Assembly (NCBI GenBank): GCA_964434345.1
Contig: CAYSUY010000002.1
Coordinates: 4,708-68,707 of the forward strand
Reading direction: 5' to 3'
Source of the DNA: an uncultured Acetobacteraceae bacterium
GTDB taxonomy: Bacteria; Pseudomonadota; Alphaproteobacteria; CACIAM-22H2
DNA length: 64,000 nucleotides
Shown here piece after piece: positions 30,881-39,743 of the stretch. The notes under the pieces were generated by a model. It did no database searches and was not told the origin of the DNA. It worked only from the letters and a program-made list of their open reading frames with translations. The first letter of the stretch is position 1; every line of letters begins with the position of its first letter. The position numbers and the translations under genes were made by a program.

Positions 30881-31908
30881 AGACGTCGCCCCGCGCGAGA
30901 TCGAAATCCGGGTCCGGGGCCCGGCGTGCGGCGTCGACGGCTGCGTCGACCTCGGCGGCGATCTCGGCCTCGATCGCATCGAGCCGCGCGCGCGCGTCAT
31001 GATCCTCGTCGACGCACAGCTGCGCGGCGAGACGCATGATCGGATCGGCCGCTGGACATTGTCGTCGTGGGTGGAGGTGTTTCCGGCGCCGCCGCGGCAG
31101 CGCGCTCCGGCGCATTCCGGTAGCGCTGCGGATCGCCCTCGAAATGTCCCGCCACCCTGTGCGTGGCGCAGGACACGAGACACGGACGACGATCCTCGCG
31201 ACACGCCGCGACCAGCGGGCCCACCGCCGCGTGCATCGCCAGAACGTCGTCGCCGTCGAGAGACAGGAATGGAAAACCGAACGCCGCCGCGAGCTTGCCG
31301 CCGTCGCCCGCAAATGCGCGGTCGGACGGCGAGAACTCCGACCATCCGTTGCGCTCGCACACCATGACGAGCGGCACCTGCCAGAGAGCCGCGAGGTTCA
31401 TCGTCTCGTAGACCGCGCCCTCGGCCATCGCACCGTCGCCGAAAAAAGCCACCGCGACGGCGCGCCGCCCGGACAGCTTGTGGGCCAGTGCGCTGCCCAG
31501 CGCGATCGGGGCACCGGCACCGACGATCCCGTTGGCACCGAGCATGCCGCGCGCGAGATCGGCGACATGCATCGATCCGCCGCGTCCGCGGCACGCGCCG
31601 CTGTCGCGCCCCATCACCTCGGCGACGAGCGCGGACACCGGCACGCCCTTCGCAAGGCAGTGCCCATGACCACGATGCGTCGACGCCACGGTATCGACAT
31701 CCGAGAGGCAGGCACCGAATGCGGCAGCGATCGCTTCCTGCCCGATGCTGAGATGGATGAACCCTGGCACCTCGCCATCGGCGAAGAGCCGCGCGAGCCG
31801 CTCCTCGACGCGACGGATCCGTATCATCGAGCGCATCAGCCCCCAGGCGACCTCGGGTACCGTAGACCGCGAAGCGCCGGTCCCGGGATATGCGTCGACA
31901 CCATTCAC
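30873..31908 (-). pseudogene. 2-oxoacid dehydrogenase E1 component alpha subunit, reading frame interrupted by a +1 frameshift near 31035-31056
   Basis: The N-terminal ~290 aa (…YRSMIRIRRVEERL…GFIHLSIGQEA…GDGAMAEGAVYE…HRVAGHFEGDPQRYRNAPE) sit in the frame of track ORF 30997..32154. The conserved C-terminus (DPIMRLAAQL…APDPDFDLARGDVYG), which overlaps the E1-beta start, sits in the frame of ORF 30873..31313. One extra nucleotide in the gcggcc run would join the two frames. I placed the start at an in-frame GTG preceded by AAGG. Confidence 0.7.
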
Positions 31909-31950
31909 GACGGAAACCTTATCGCGCGACGGGACCGCGCAAAAGAACAA

Positions 31951-31985
31951 ATGAACAATGACCCAGCGTTCATATTTTTCATATG
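31951..31985. promoter_or_regulatory. AT-rich divergent promoter region with two inverted repeats (ATGAAC-N11-GTTCAT and CATAT-N5-ATATG)
   Basis: Seen directly: atgaacaatgacccagcgttcatatttttcatatg is a ~50% AT island in a ~68% GC background, lying between the divergent E1-alpha and Cys-rich protein genes. Confidence 0.35.
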
Positions 31986-32026
31986 CTCGTGCGATGGACG
32001 CGCGTCGCGCGCAAGGAGTCTCGCCG

Positions 32027-32785
32027 ATGCTCAAACTCGCCGAACTGGCCATGCTTGGCCGTCCCGTCCGCCAGGACGACTGGGACGAGTTGGGTATCGC
32101 GACACCGGAGCGGATCATCGAAGCCATCGACGGCGGTCGCCTGGACGAGGCCAAGGCTCTGGCGCGCTACATGATCGACGAGGGCAAGGCGCTCCACGAT
32201 CTCATGTGCGACTGGGTCTGGGATCTCCTGACCCGGATCGCCGAACGCTTCGGCGAGGAGGCGATGTACGAGTGTCTGCGGGACAGCCAGTCCGGCTGGA
32301 TGCTCCGCCGTACCTGGAAGGGATTCCTGAAGATGCCGGTGGCGCAGCGCGTCCAGATCACGGCCGAGATCATGCGTAGCCATCGCTGCGGACCCGACCA
32401 GGATGGCGGCATCGACGTGATCGAGGAACCCGACCGCTTCACGATCCGCATGGATCCCTGCGGCAGCGGTGGCCGCATGCGACGTGGCGACCCGGTCGAT
32501 GGAACGCCGTCGCGCCTGGGACCGCCTTACCGGTTCGGGTCCACCCGCGCGGCCCATGACTGGAGCTGGGGCCAGAGCGGTGTCCCCTATTACTGCCTGC
32601 ACTGCGCGGTGAACGAAGTGCTGCCGATGGAGTGGGGCGGACACCCGCTCTGGGTCACGGGCTACGACCGCGATCCGGCCAAGCCTTGCCACTGGCATTT
32701 CTACAAGACCGCGGAGGCGATCCCGGAGGACGCGTATACGCGCCTCGGCCGCCGCAAGCCGCCGCCCGGAGAAGGCCTCTATTGA
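32027..32785 (+). CDS. hypothetical Cys/His-rich protein (possible metal-binding), family not recognised
   Basis: 252 aa from MLKLAELAML.. with AAGGAG 7 nt upstream. Motifs: MDPCGSGGRMRRGD, YYCLHCAVNE, PCHWHFYK. Strong GC3 codon bias. Convergent with hyuB and divergent from the E1-alpha gene. Confidence 0.65.
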   Translation: MLKLAELAMLGRPVRQDDWDELGIATPERIIEAIDGGRLDEAKALARYMIDEGKALHDLMCDWVWDLLTRIAERFGEEAMYECLRDSQSGWMLRRTWKGFLKMPVAQRVQITAEIMRSHRCGPDQDGGIDVIEEPDRFTIRMDPCGSGGRMRRGDPVDGTPSRLGPPYRFGSTRAAHDWSWGQSGVPYYCLHCAVNEVLPMEWGGHPLWVTGYDRDPAKPCHWHFYKTAEAIPEDAYTRLGRRKPPPGEGLY

Positions 32786-32801
32786 GCGCCGTTGTCGTCC
32801 T

Positions 32802-34532
32802 TCAGGCGGCACGCATCGATCGACGCAGTGCCGACGTCGCCTCTACATCGATCGCAAGCGGCGATCCGGCGACGACAACGCCGTAATCGCGGCGCGCCCC
32901 CTCGACCGACACGAAGCGCGCATGCACGTCGCGCAGGACGGCCTCGGGATCACGCTCGAGCGGATCGCCGTATCCGCCTGCTCCCGCGGTCTGCCAACTC
33001 ACGACATCGTTTTCCGCGAGCCGGTAATTGCCCTTCGAATGGACCTCGCGACCGCCTTGCGTCGGCGACACGATCAGCGTTCGTCCAAGCGCACCTGGGC
33101 GCCCACCGGCGAGCCCATAGGGCTGGAACCGGTGACGATCGCCGAGATTGTAGAAGTTTCCGTCCGGAGCCAGCATGCGCATGTCCTTGCGCATGCCAGA
33201 TCCGCCGCGCCATTTCCCGGCACCCGCGCTGTCGGGGATCAGTTCGACCCGCTCGACAAGGATCGGACATTTCATCTCCTGCATCTCCGCCGGCATGTTG
33301 GTGCCGTTCCAGGGCGAAGCGAGCGCCTCGGCCCCGTCCGCTCCATGGCGCGCCCCGACGCCGCCGATGATCGTCTCCCAGACGATCGAGATCCGTCCGG
33401 TCTGCGCATCCTGGAACCCGATATTCGGGTTGAAGAAATGGGAATTGGCGGCGATCACCTTGTCCGGGGCCGCCTGCGCGAGCGCGCCCATGATCACTTC
33501 GTAGATCCTGTGCGACACGGTCGCGCGCCCGCCGCAAGGCGCGGGACGACGCGGATTGAAGAAGCAGCCCTCCGGCGCGATGGTCCGGATCATGCGCATC
33601 GTTCCGGCGTTCTGCGGCAGCAGCGGCAAGGTCACGCTCTTCACCGCCGCGAGGGCATAGGCGTTCGTGTACGACAGGTACGAGTTCAATCCCGCCTCGC
33701 GCTGAGGGCCACTGCCTGTCCAGTCGACGGTCACGCCGTCTTCGCCGATCGTCACCGCGACCCTTGCCAGGACCGGCGCTGTCCCGGGTCCGACATCGTC
33801 GAGTTGGTCCTCGAAGCGATACGTGCCGGGCTTGAGCCGGCCGATCGCCTCGCGCATCTGCGCCTCGCTCCGGTCGATCAGGTCGCGCATCGCCTGGCGA
33901 AGGACCGGTATCCCGTAGGTCCGCGCGAGGGCCTGCATGCGCGCTCCGCCCGCCTGGTTCGCGATGTACTGCGCGCGCATGTCGCCGATCACCTCGGGCA
34001 TGCGCACATTCGCCTCGATGATGCGGAATATCTCTTCGTTCGGTTCGCCTGCGCGATAAAGCATCGTCGGCAGGAACCGAATGCCCTCCTGATAATTGTC
34101 GAGGATCCCGTCGACCACCTGCGAGCCCGCGCCCGAACCGCCGATGTCGATCTGGTGCGCGATGTTCACCGCGAAGCCGATCAGCGTGTCGTCGAGGAAA
34201 ACCGGACACACCATGTACATGTCCGGCAGATGTCCGCTGCCGATGCCCGGATCGTTCGAGATCATCGCGTCGCCCGGGCGCAGCGTGTGCGCGGGATAAT
34301 AGGCGAGCATCTTCCCGACCGTGTAGGCCATCGAGCCGAGATGGCCGGGGCTGTAATCCCCCTGGCTGACCATGTGCCCGTCGGCGTCGAACATCCCGGT
34401 GGAGAAGTCGGTCCCCTCGCGCACGGCGCTCGAATACGCGGTGCGCTGCAGCGTGGCCCCCATCTCCGCGGAGGCGGATACGAGACCGCCCCAGATGACC
34501 GAGAACGTGATCGGATCGACGTGTGTGCTCAT
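32802..34532 (-). CDS. hyuB: hydantoinase B / oxoprolinase family protein (HyuB-like)
   Basis: 576 aa, MSTHVDPITFSVIWGGLVSASAEMG... with Hydantoinase_B colinearity (…DNYQEGIRF…, …KCPILVERVEL…). Confidence 0.9.
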   Translation of the reverse strand: MSTHVDPITFSVIWGGLVSASAEMGATLQRTAYSSAVREGTDFSTGMFDADGHMVSQGDYSPGHLGSMAYTVGKMLAYYPAHTLRPGDAMISNDPGIGSGHLPDMYMVCPVFLDDTLIGFAVNIAHQIDIGGSGAGSQVVDGILDNYQEGIRFLPTMLYRAGEPNEEIFRIIEANVRMPEVIGDMRAQYIANQAGGARMQALARTYGIPVLRQAMRDLIDRSEAQMREAIGRLKPGTYRFEDQLDDVGPGTAPVLARVAVTIGEDGVTVDWTGSGPQREAGLNSYLSYTNAYALAAVKSVTLPLLPQNAGTMRMIRTIAPEGCFFNPRRPAPCGGRATVSHRIYEVIMGALAQAAPDKVIAANSHFFNPNIGFQDAQTGRISIVWETIIGGVGARHGADGAEALASPWNGTNMPAEMQEMKCPILVERVELIPDSAGAGKWRGGSGMRKDMRMLAPDGNFYNLGDRHRFQPYGLAGGRPGALGRTLIVSPTQGGREVHSKGNYRLAENDVVSWQTAGAGGYGDPLERDPEAVLRDVHARFVSVEGARRDYGVVVAGSPLAIDVEATSALRRSMRAA

Positions 34533-34547
34533 CGTTGCGTCTCCGCC

Positions 34548-36635
34548 TCAACCGCCGAAATCGACGACGAGATTGCCCTTCGCATCGACCTGGGCCGCCG
34601 CTCCGGGCGGCAGGACGATGGTCGATTCCCGCTCTTCCACGATCGCCGGCCCGGTGAAGCGGGCGCCGGCCGGGAGGAGATAGCGGTCATAGACGTCGCA
34701 GGGTTCGGCGCGGCGACGATCCCGGAAATACGCCGGACGTCGTCCCTTGAGCGCGACACCGGCACCGATACCGGCGCCGTCCATCGGCAGATCCGGGTGT
34801 GTGAGGCGTGGCGTCCGGATCGACGCCGCCATCCGCCACAGCACCCCCTCGATGGGCGCCTTCGGGTCGAAGGCCCGCTCGCCATAGGTCGCCGCATAGG
34901 TCCGCAGGAATGCCTGGCGGATCGTTTCGGCATCCTCCGCACGATAGGGTCCGGCGGGAAGTTCGACGGTCAATTCATATCCCTGTCCGACGAAGCGCAT
35001 GTCGCAACTGGCGACCAGGCGACGCTCGCCATCCAGGCCGCACGCATCGAGCTCGCGCCCGGTGTCCGCCGCGAGCCCGGCAAGGAGCTGGTTGATCTGC
35101 GGCAGGTTCTCGGGCTCGAGGGCGAGGATGCTCGTGCGCGCGACGTCGAAGGCGGGATCGGCCATCAGCAGCCCGATCGCGGTCTCGACGCCGGCGCCCT
35201 TCGGAAACACGACGCGGCCGCAGCCGAGTTGCCGCGCCAGTTCGGCGCCGTGAAGCGGCCCGGCGCCACCGAACGGGATCAGCGCGAAATGCCGTGGATC
35301 CCTGCCCTTGCCGATCGAGACCGCGCGCGCGGCCTGCGCCATCTGGGTGGTCACGACCTCGTAGATGCCCCAGGCGGCTTCCTCGAGCGTCATGCCCAGT
35401 GGCGCCGCGACACGCTCCATGATGCCGGCACGCGCCGCGTCGACGTCGAGCGCCATCGCGCCACCGAGAAAATAGGCGGGGTTGAGATAGCCGAGGACGA
35501 GATTGGCATCTGTCACCGTCGGCTCGCGACCGCCGAGCGCGTAGCAGATCGGACCAGGCGAGGAACCCGCGCTGATCGGCCCGACCTTGATGCCGCCCAT
35601 CTCCGCGCGCGCGATCGAGCCGCCGCCAGCGCCGATCTCGACGAGATCGATCGCCGGGATGTTCATCGGGATGCCGCTGTTCGGCTTCAGGTTGATCATG
35701 TCGACTTCGAAGGTCTCGGTCATGCCTGGACGACCGTTCTCGATGAGGCAGACCTTCGCCGTCGTGCCGCCCATGTCGAAGGAGATCAGGTTGGACGTTC
35801 CCGCGGCCTCCGCGTAACGCGCCGCGGTCAGAACCCCAGCCGCGGGGCCGGACTCGATGATCCGGATCGGATGTCGGCGGACATAGTCGCCGGAGGCGAT
35901 GCCGCCATTGGACTGCATGATGTAGAGCGAGCGCGTGCGGCCCATCTCCGCGAGACCATCCTCGATGCGGCCGATATAGGCGCTGACCACCGGCATCACA
36001 TAGGCGTTGAGCACGGTCGTGCTCGCACGCTCGTACTCGCGGTAGACAGGCGAGACCTCCGACGAGATCGACACCAGGACCTCGGGGGCGACCTCGCGCA
36101 CGATGTCGCGCGCGCGCTGCTCATGCGCCGGGTTGGCGTAGCTGTGCAGGAAGCAGATCCCGAGCCCCGCCGCACCGGAGGCGCGAATCGCCAGCGCCGC
36201 CGCGCGCACTGCGTCTTCGTCGAGCGGACGGCGGACGCTCCCGTCCCACATCAGACGCTCGGGCACCTCGAAGCACAATTCCCTCGGCACGATCGGCCGC
36301 GGCTTTCCGATGCTGTTGTCATACAGTTCGAACCGGCGCTGGCGGCCGATCAGCAGCACATCGCGAAACCCCTCGGTCGTGAGCAGCGCGGTCGGCAAAC
36401 CCTTGCGCTGGATAACCGTATTGGTCGCGATGGTGGTGGCGTGGACCGCGTGGACCAAGTCGCGCGCGTCGAATCCGCCCTCGGCGAGCAGGGTCCGCAG
36501 TCCCGAGAGCACCGCGCGGGCCGGATCGTCGGCACTCGTCAGTACCTTTCCCAGCCGCAACGCCCCGGTCCGGTCGTCCATCAGCGCGAAATCGGTGAAT
36601 GTGCCGCCGACGTCGATACCAACTGTCAAAGCCAT
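34548..36635 (-). CDS. hyuA: hydantoinase A / oxoprolinase family protein (HyuA-like, ATP-dependent)
   Basis: 695 aa, MALTVGIDVGGTFTDF... (ASKHA-type ATPase N-terminus) and ...FDMGGTTAKV.... Confidence 0.9.
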   Translation of the reverse strand: MALTVGIDVGGTFTDFALMDDRTGALRLGKVLTSADDPARAVLSGLRTLLAEGGFDARDLVHAVHATTIATNTVIQRKGLPTALLTTEGFRDVLLIGRQRRFELYDNSIGKPRPIVPRELCFEVPERLMWDGSVRRPLDEDAVRAAALAIRASGAAGLGICFLHSYANPAHEQRARDIVREVAPEVLVSISSEVSPVYREYERASTTVLNAYVMPVVSAYIGRIEDGLAEMGRTRSLYIMQSNGGIASGDYVRRHPIRIIESGPAAGVLTAARYAEAAGTSNLISFDMGGTTAKVCLIENGRPGMTETFEVDMINLKPNSGIPMNIPAIDLVEIGAGGGSIARAEMGGIKVGPISAGSSPGPICYALGGREPTVTDANLVLGYLNPAYFLGGAMALDVDAARAGIMERVAAPLGMTLEEAAWGIYEVVTTQMAQAARAVSIGKGRDPRHFALIPFGGAGPLHGAELARQLGCGRVVFPKGAGVETAIGLLMADPAFDVARTSILALEPENLPQINQLLAGLAADTGRELDACGLDGERRLVASCDMRFVGQGYELTVELPAGPYRAEDAETIRQAFLRTYAATYGERAFDPKAPIEGVLWRMAASIRTPRLTHPDLPMDGAGIGAGVALKGRRPAYFRDRRRAEPCDVYDRYLLPAGARFTGPAIVEERESTIVLPPGAAAQVDAKGNLVVDFGG

Positions 36636-36835
36636 GGCCGCTCCCTCGCACCGCCCGCAACGCCGAATGCGCTACAAGACTGGCAGAGCACGTTGCCCAT
36701 CGCAAGAACATGACGAATGGTTCACGGTTCATATTCTTGCACCGCCGAACCTATGATGATTGACTCACGATTCACAACGCAGCCACACTCGCGCCGGTTC
36801 CCGCGTCTGCCCGACAGGAGAGCGACAGACACCCC

Positions 36836-37324
36836 ATGGACCTCGGACCGACGCCTGAGCGCCCCGACAATCCGATCGGCCGCGCCTTCTACTATCTCGC
36901 CGCGCTCTCGATGATCGCGCTCGCGGCGGTCATCCTCTACATCATCGTGGCACGGTATTTCTTCAACGCGCCGCCCCTCTGGGGCGAGGACGTGCCGCGG
37001 GTCGTCTTCATCTGGGGCGTGTTCCTTGCGGCGCCCCTTGCGATCGCGATGAACCTCAACCTGCGTGTCACGCTGCTCCTGGATCGGGTTCCCGACCGGC
37101 CGCGCCGCTACGCCGAGGCGATCATGCACCTCCTCGTTCTTGTGATGCTCGCGGTGGTCTTCTGGCACAGCCTGCCCCTTGTCGAACTCGGCTTCACCGG
37201 CCGCATGTTGACCACGGGCTGGAGCAACGCGGTCCTGCGCATGCCGATCGCCGTCGGCGCGGCGCTGATGTTCGTGGCGCAGCTGGTCCAGCTGCGGAAG
37301 TCCCTCAAAGGCATCAGGTACTGA
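36836..37324 (+). CDS. dctQ: TRAP transporter small permease (DctQ family)
   Basis: 162 aa with four hydrophobic segments, immediately upstream of the DctM gene. Confidence 0.85.
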   Translation: MDLGPTPERPDNPIGRAFYYLAALSMIALAAVILYIIVARYFFNAPPLWGEDVPRVVFIWGVFLAAPLAIAMNLNLRVTLLLDRVPDRPRRYAEAIMHLLVLVMLAVVFWHSLPLVELGFTGRMLTTGWSNAVLRMPIAVGAALMFVAQLVQLRKSLKGIRY

Positions 37325-37331
37325 CCGCGCC

Positions 37332-38627
37332 ATGCTCCTGCTCACGCTCATCTGTCTGCTCGTCCTCTTCATCTTCCTCGGCATGGAGATCGCCTGGGCC
37401 ATCGCGGTGGCCTGCCTCGCCTACATGGTCCTTTCGGACCTCATGGGGCAGGACATCCCCTACGCGCTCCTGCCGCAGCAGATGCTCGACGGCGTCGACA
37501 CGTTCTCGCTGATCGCGATCCCGCTCTTCATCTTCGCCGGCGAGTTGATGTCGGCCACGGGCGTCACCGAGCGGCTCGTGCGCTTCGCCCTCGCCTTCAT
37601 GGGGCACATACGCGGCGGCCTCGCGAATGTCGCCGTCACGACGAATTTCATCCTCTCCGGCGTGTCCGGATCGGCGATCGCCGATGCCGCCGCCACGGGC
37701 ACGGTCACGATCCCCGAGATGAAGAAGCGCGGCTATCCAACCGACTATGCCTGCGCGGTGGTCGCCGCCTCGTCGACCGTCGGACCGATCATCCCACCAT
37801 CGATCTCGTTCGTGCTGATCGCGTCGATCGCCAACATCTCGGTCGGGCAGCTGTTCCTCGCCGGCGTCCTGCCTGGCTTCCTCATGACGGCGTCGATGCT
37901 CCTGCTCACCTACGTCATCGCGCGGATCAAGGGCTTCCCCGTCGAGCCGCGCGCCGGATGGGGGGAGCGCCTCGACGCCGTGGCGCGTGCCGCGCTGCCG
38001 CTCATGGCGCCTCTGCTGATCATGCGCAGCATCACCTCCGGCATCGCGACGCCGACCGAAGCGGCGGCCGTGCTCGTGCTCTACGTCCTCGGGCTCGGCC
38101 TGTTCGTCTACCGGACGATGTCGCTGCGCATCGTGATCGACGCCGCCGCGAACGCCATGCTCGTCTCGTCGATCATCCTGCTGACGGTCGGCGCCGCGCA
38201 GATGTTCTCGTGGCTCGCGGTCTACGAGCAATTCGGCGAATTGCTCACCCAGACCATGCTCGCCATCTCCCGCGACGTGAACGTCCTGCTCCTCGTCTTC
38301 AACGTGCTCCTGCTGCTTCTCGGCACGTTCATGGAACCGCTTCCGGTGATGCTCGTGCTGGTGCCGATCGCGTTCCCGATGTTCGCGAGCATGGGCGTGA
38401 ACGAGATCCATCTCGCCGTCGTGATGGTGATCAACCTCATTCTGGGACTGCTGACGCCCCCCGTCGGCCTGATCCTGAACGTCGTCGCGGTGATCGGACG
38501 GACGGACGTATCCAGCGTCTTCAGGGAGAGCATCCCCTACCTGGCCGTCCTGACCGTCGTCCTCATGATCGTGACCTACGTTCCGGCGGTCTCTCTCTGG
38601 TTGCCGCGCCTGCTCATGCCCACATGA
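37332..38627 (+). CDS. dctM: TRAP transporter large permease (DctM family)
   Basis: 431 aa and highly hydrophobic, with MLLLTLICLLVLFIFLGMEIAWAIAVA... DctM colinearity. Confidence 0.9.
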   Translation: MLLLTLICLLVLFIFLGMEIAWAIAVACLAYMVLSDLMGQDIPYALLPQQMLDGVDTFSLIAIPLFIFAGELMSATGVTERLVRFALAFMGHIRGGLANVAVTTNFILSGVSGSAIADAAATGTVTIPEMKKRGYPTDYACAVVAASSTVGPIIPPSISFVLIASIANISVGQLFLAGVLPGFLMTASMLLLTYVIARIKGFPVEPRAGWGERLDAVARAALPLMAPLLIMRSITSGIATPTEAAAVLVLYVLGLGLFVYRTMSLRIVIDAAANAMLVSSIILLTVGAAQMFSWLAVYEQFGELLTQTMLAISRDVNVLLLVFNVLLLLLGTFMEPLPVMLVLVPIAFPMFASMGVNEIHLAVVMVINLILGLLTPPVGLILNVVAVIGRTDVSSVFRESIPYLAVLTVVLMIVTYVPAVSLWLPRLLMPT

Positions 38628-38691
38628 GCGCGGGACGCGCCGACGCACTCACGCAGAAAACACCAACCGGACACCCAAGGAGGAATCCGAC

Positions 38692-39675
38692 ATGAACGCC
38701 AAGACGACCCGTCGCCGCTTCGCCGGCATGATGGCCGGAGCGGTCGCCGCGCCGGCCATCATCGGTCACGCGAATGCCCAGGCGCTGACCATCCGCTTCG
38801 CCAATTCCAGCGGCGAGGCGGCCCTTTCTAACCAGTTCGCCGCGCGTTTCCTGAGGATGCTCGAGGAACGGACGCAAGGACAGATCAAGGGTCAGCTGAT
38901 CCTGAACGCCGGCAGCGAACAGTCGATCCTGGAGAGCATCTCGGTCGGGACGATGGACATCGCGAACACCGGCTACAGCGGCATGCGCGAGCTCGACGTG
39001 TTCTATGTTCCGTTCCTGCTGCGCGATCTCGATCACACGCTGCGTGTGTCCAGGTCGCCGCTGATGGAGAAGGCCCGCATGGCCGCCCAGCAGCGCTACA
39101 AGTGCCGCCTCGTCGGCCTCGGCAGCTCGGGCTCGTTCAACGTCGGAACCAAGGAGAAGATCGGCTCCTGGAAGGACCTGGCGGGACTCAAGATCCGCGT
39201 GCCCCCGTTCGAGGCCTATACCGAGGCCGCCAAGGCGCTCTCCATCGCGGCGACGCCCGTGCCCTTCAACGAGGTCTATCTCGCCCTTCAGCAGAACCTC
39301 GTGGCCGGCATGATCACCCTGGTCAACGTCATGCTCGCGAGCAAGTTCAACGAGGTCTGCAAGCATGTCGTGACCAACGATTTCGGCGTCGGCACCGAGA
39401 AGTTCTGGTGCTCCGAGCGCGCCTGGAACCGCATGACGCCGCAGCAGCGCGACATCTTCGTCGGGCTGTTCAACGAAATCGTCGGCGAGCATTATTTCGG
39501 CGCCGCGAAGCGCCAGGCCAGCGAAGACTTCAAGATCTGGGAACAGCGCAATGGCGCCGGGACGACCCTGACGCTGGACAGCGCCGAGCTGTCCCGGGTC
39601 ATGCAGCCGGTCGGCGAGCGCCTCGCGAACGAGGTGTTCGGCCCCGGTTCGTACCAGGCGATCCAGGCGACCTGA
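38692..39675 (+). CDS. dctP: TRAP transporter solute-binding protein (DctP family), Tat/Sec signal
   Basis: MNAKTTRRRFAGMMAGAVAAPAIIGHANAQ signal peptide. DctP-like body. The gene order is Q-M-P. Confidence 0.88.
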   Translation: MNAKTTRRRFAGMMAGAVAAPAIIGHANAQALTIRFANSSGEAALSNQFAARFLRMLEERTQGQIKGQLILNAGSEQSILESISVGTMDIANTGYSGMRELDVFYVPFLLRDLDHTLRVSRSPLMEKARMAAQQRYKCRLVGLGSSGSFNVGTKEKIGSWKDLAGLKIRVPPFEAYTEAAKALSIAATPVPFNEVYLALQQNLVAGMITLVNVMLASKFNEVCKHVVTNDFGVGTEKFWCSERAWNRMTPQQRDIFVGLFNEIVGEHYFGAAKRQASEDFKIWEQRNGAGTTLTLDSAELSRVMQPVGERLANEVFGPGSYQAIQAT

Positions 39676-39743
39676 TCGCCGCATCCGTCGCCGTCCCGCT
39701 CCGCTTTCGGAGCGGGACGGTGCTCGGAACAGGGAGCACGTGC

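Noticed and set aside
36722-37402. A 226 aa minus-strand ORF spanning the hyuA/dctQ intergenic region and dctQ.
   Set aside because: It is antisense to a convincing DctQ membrane protein and has no recognisable domain. The real intergenic part (36636-36835) is better read as the divergent promoter region.
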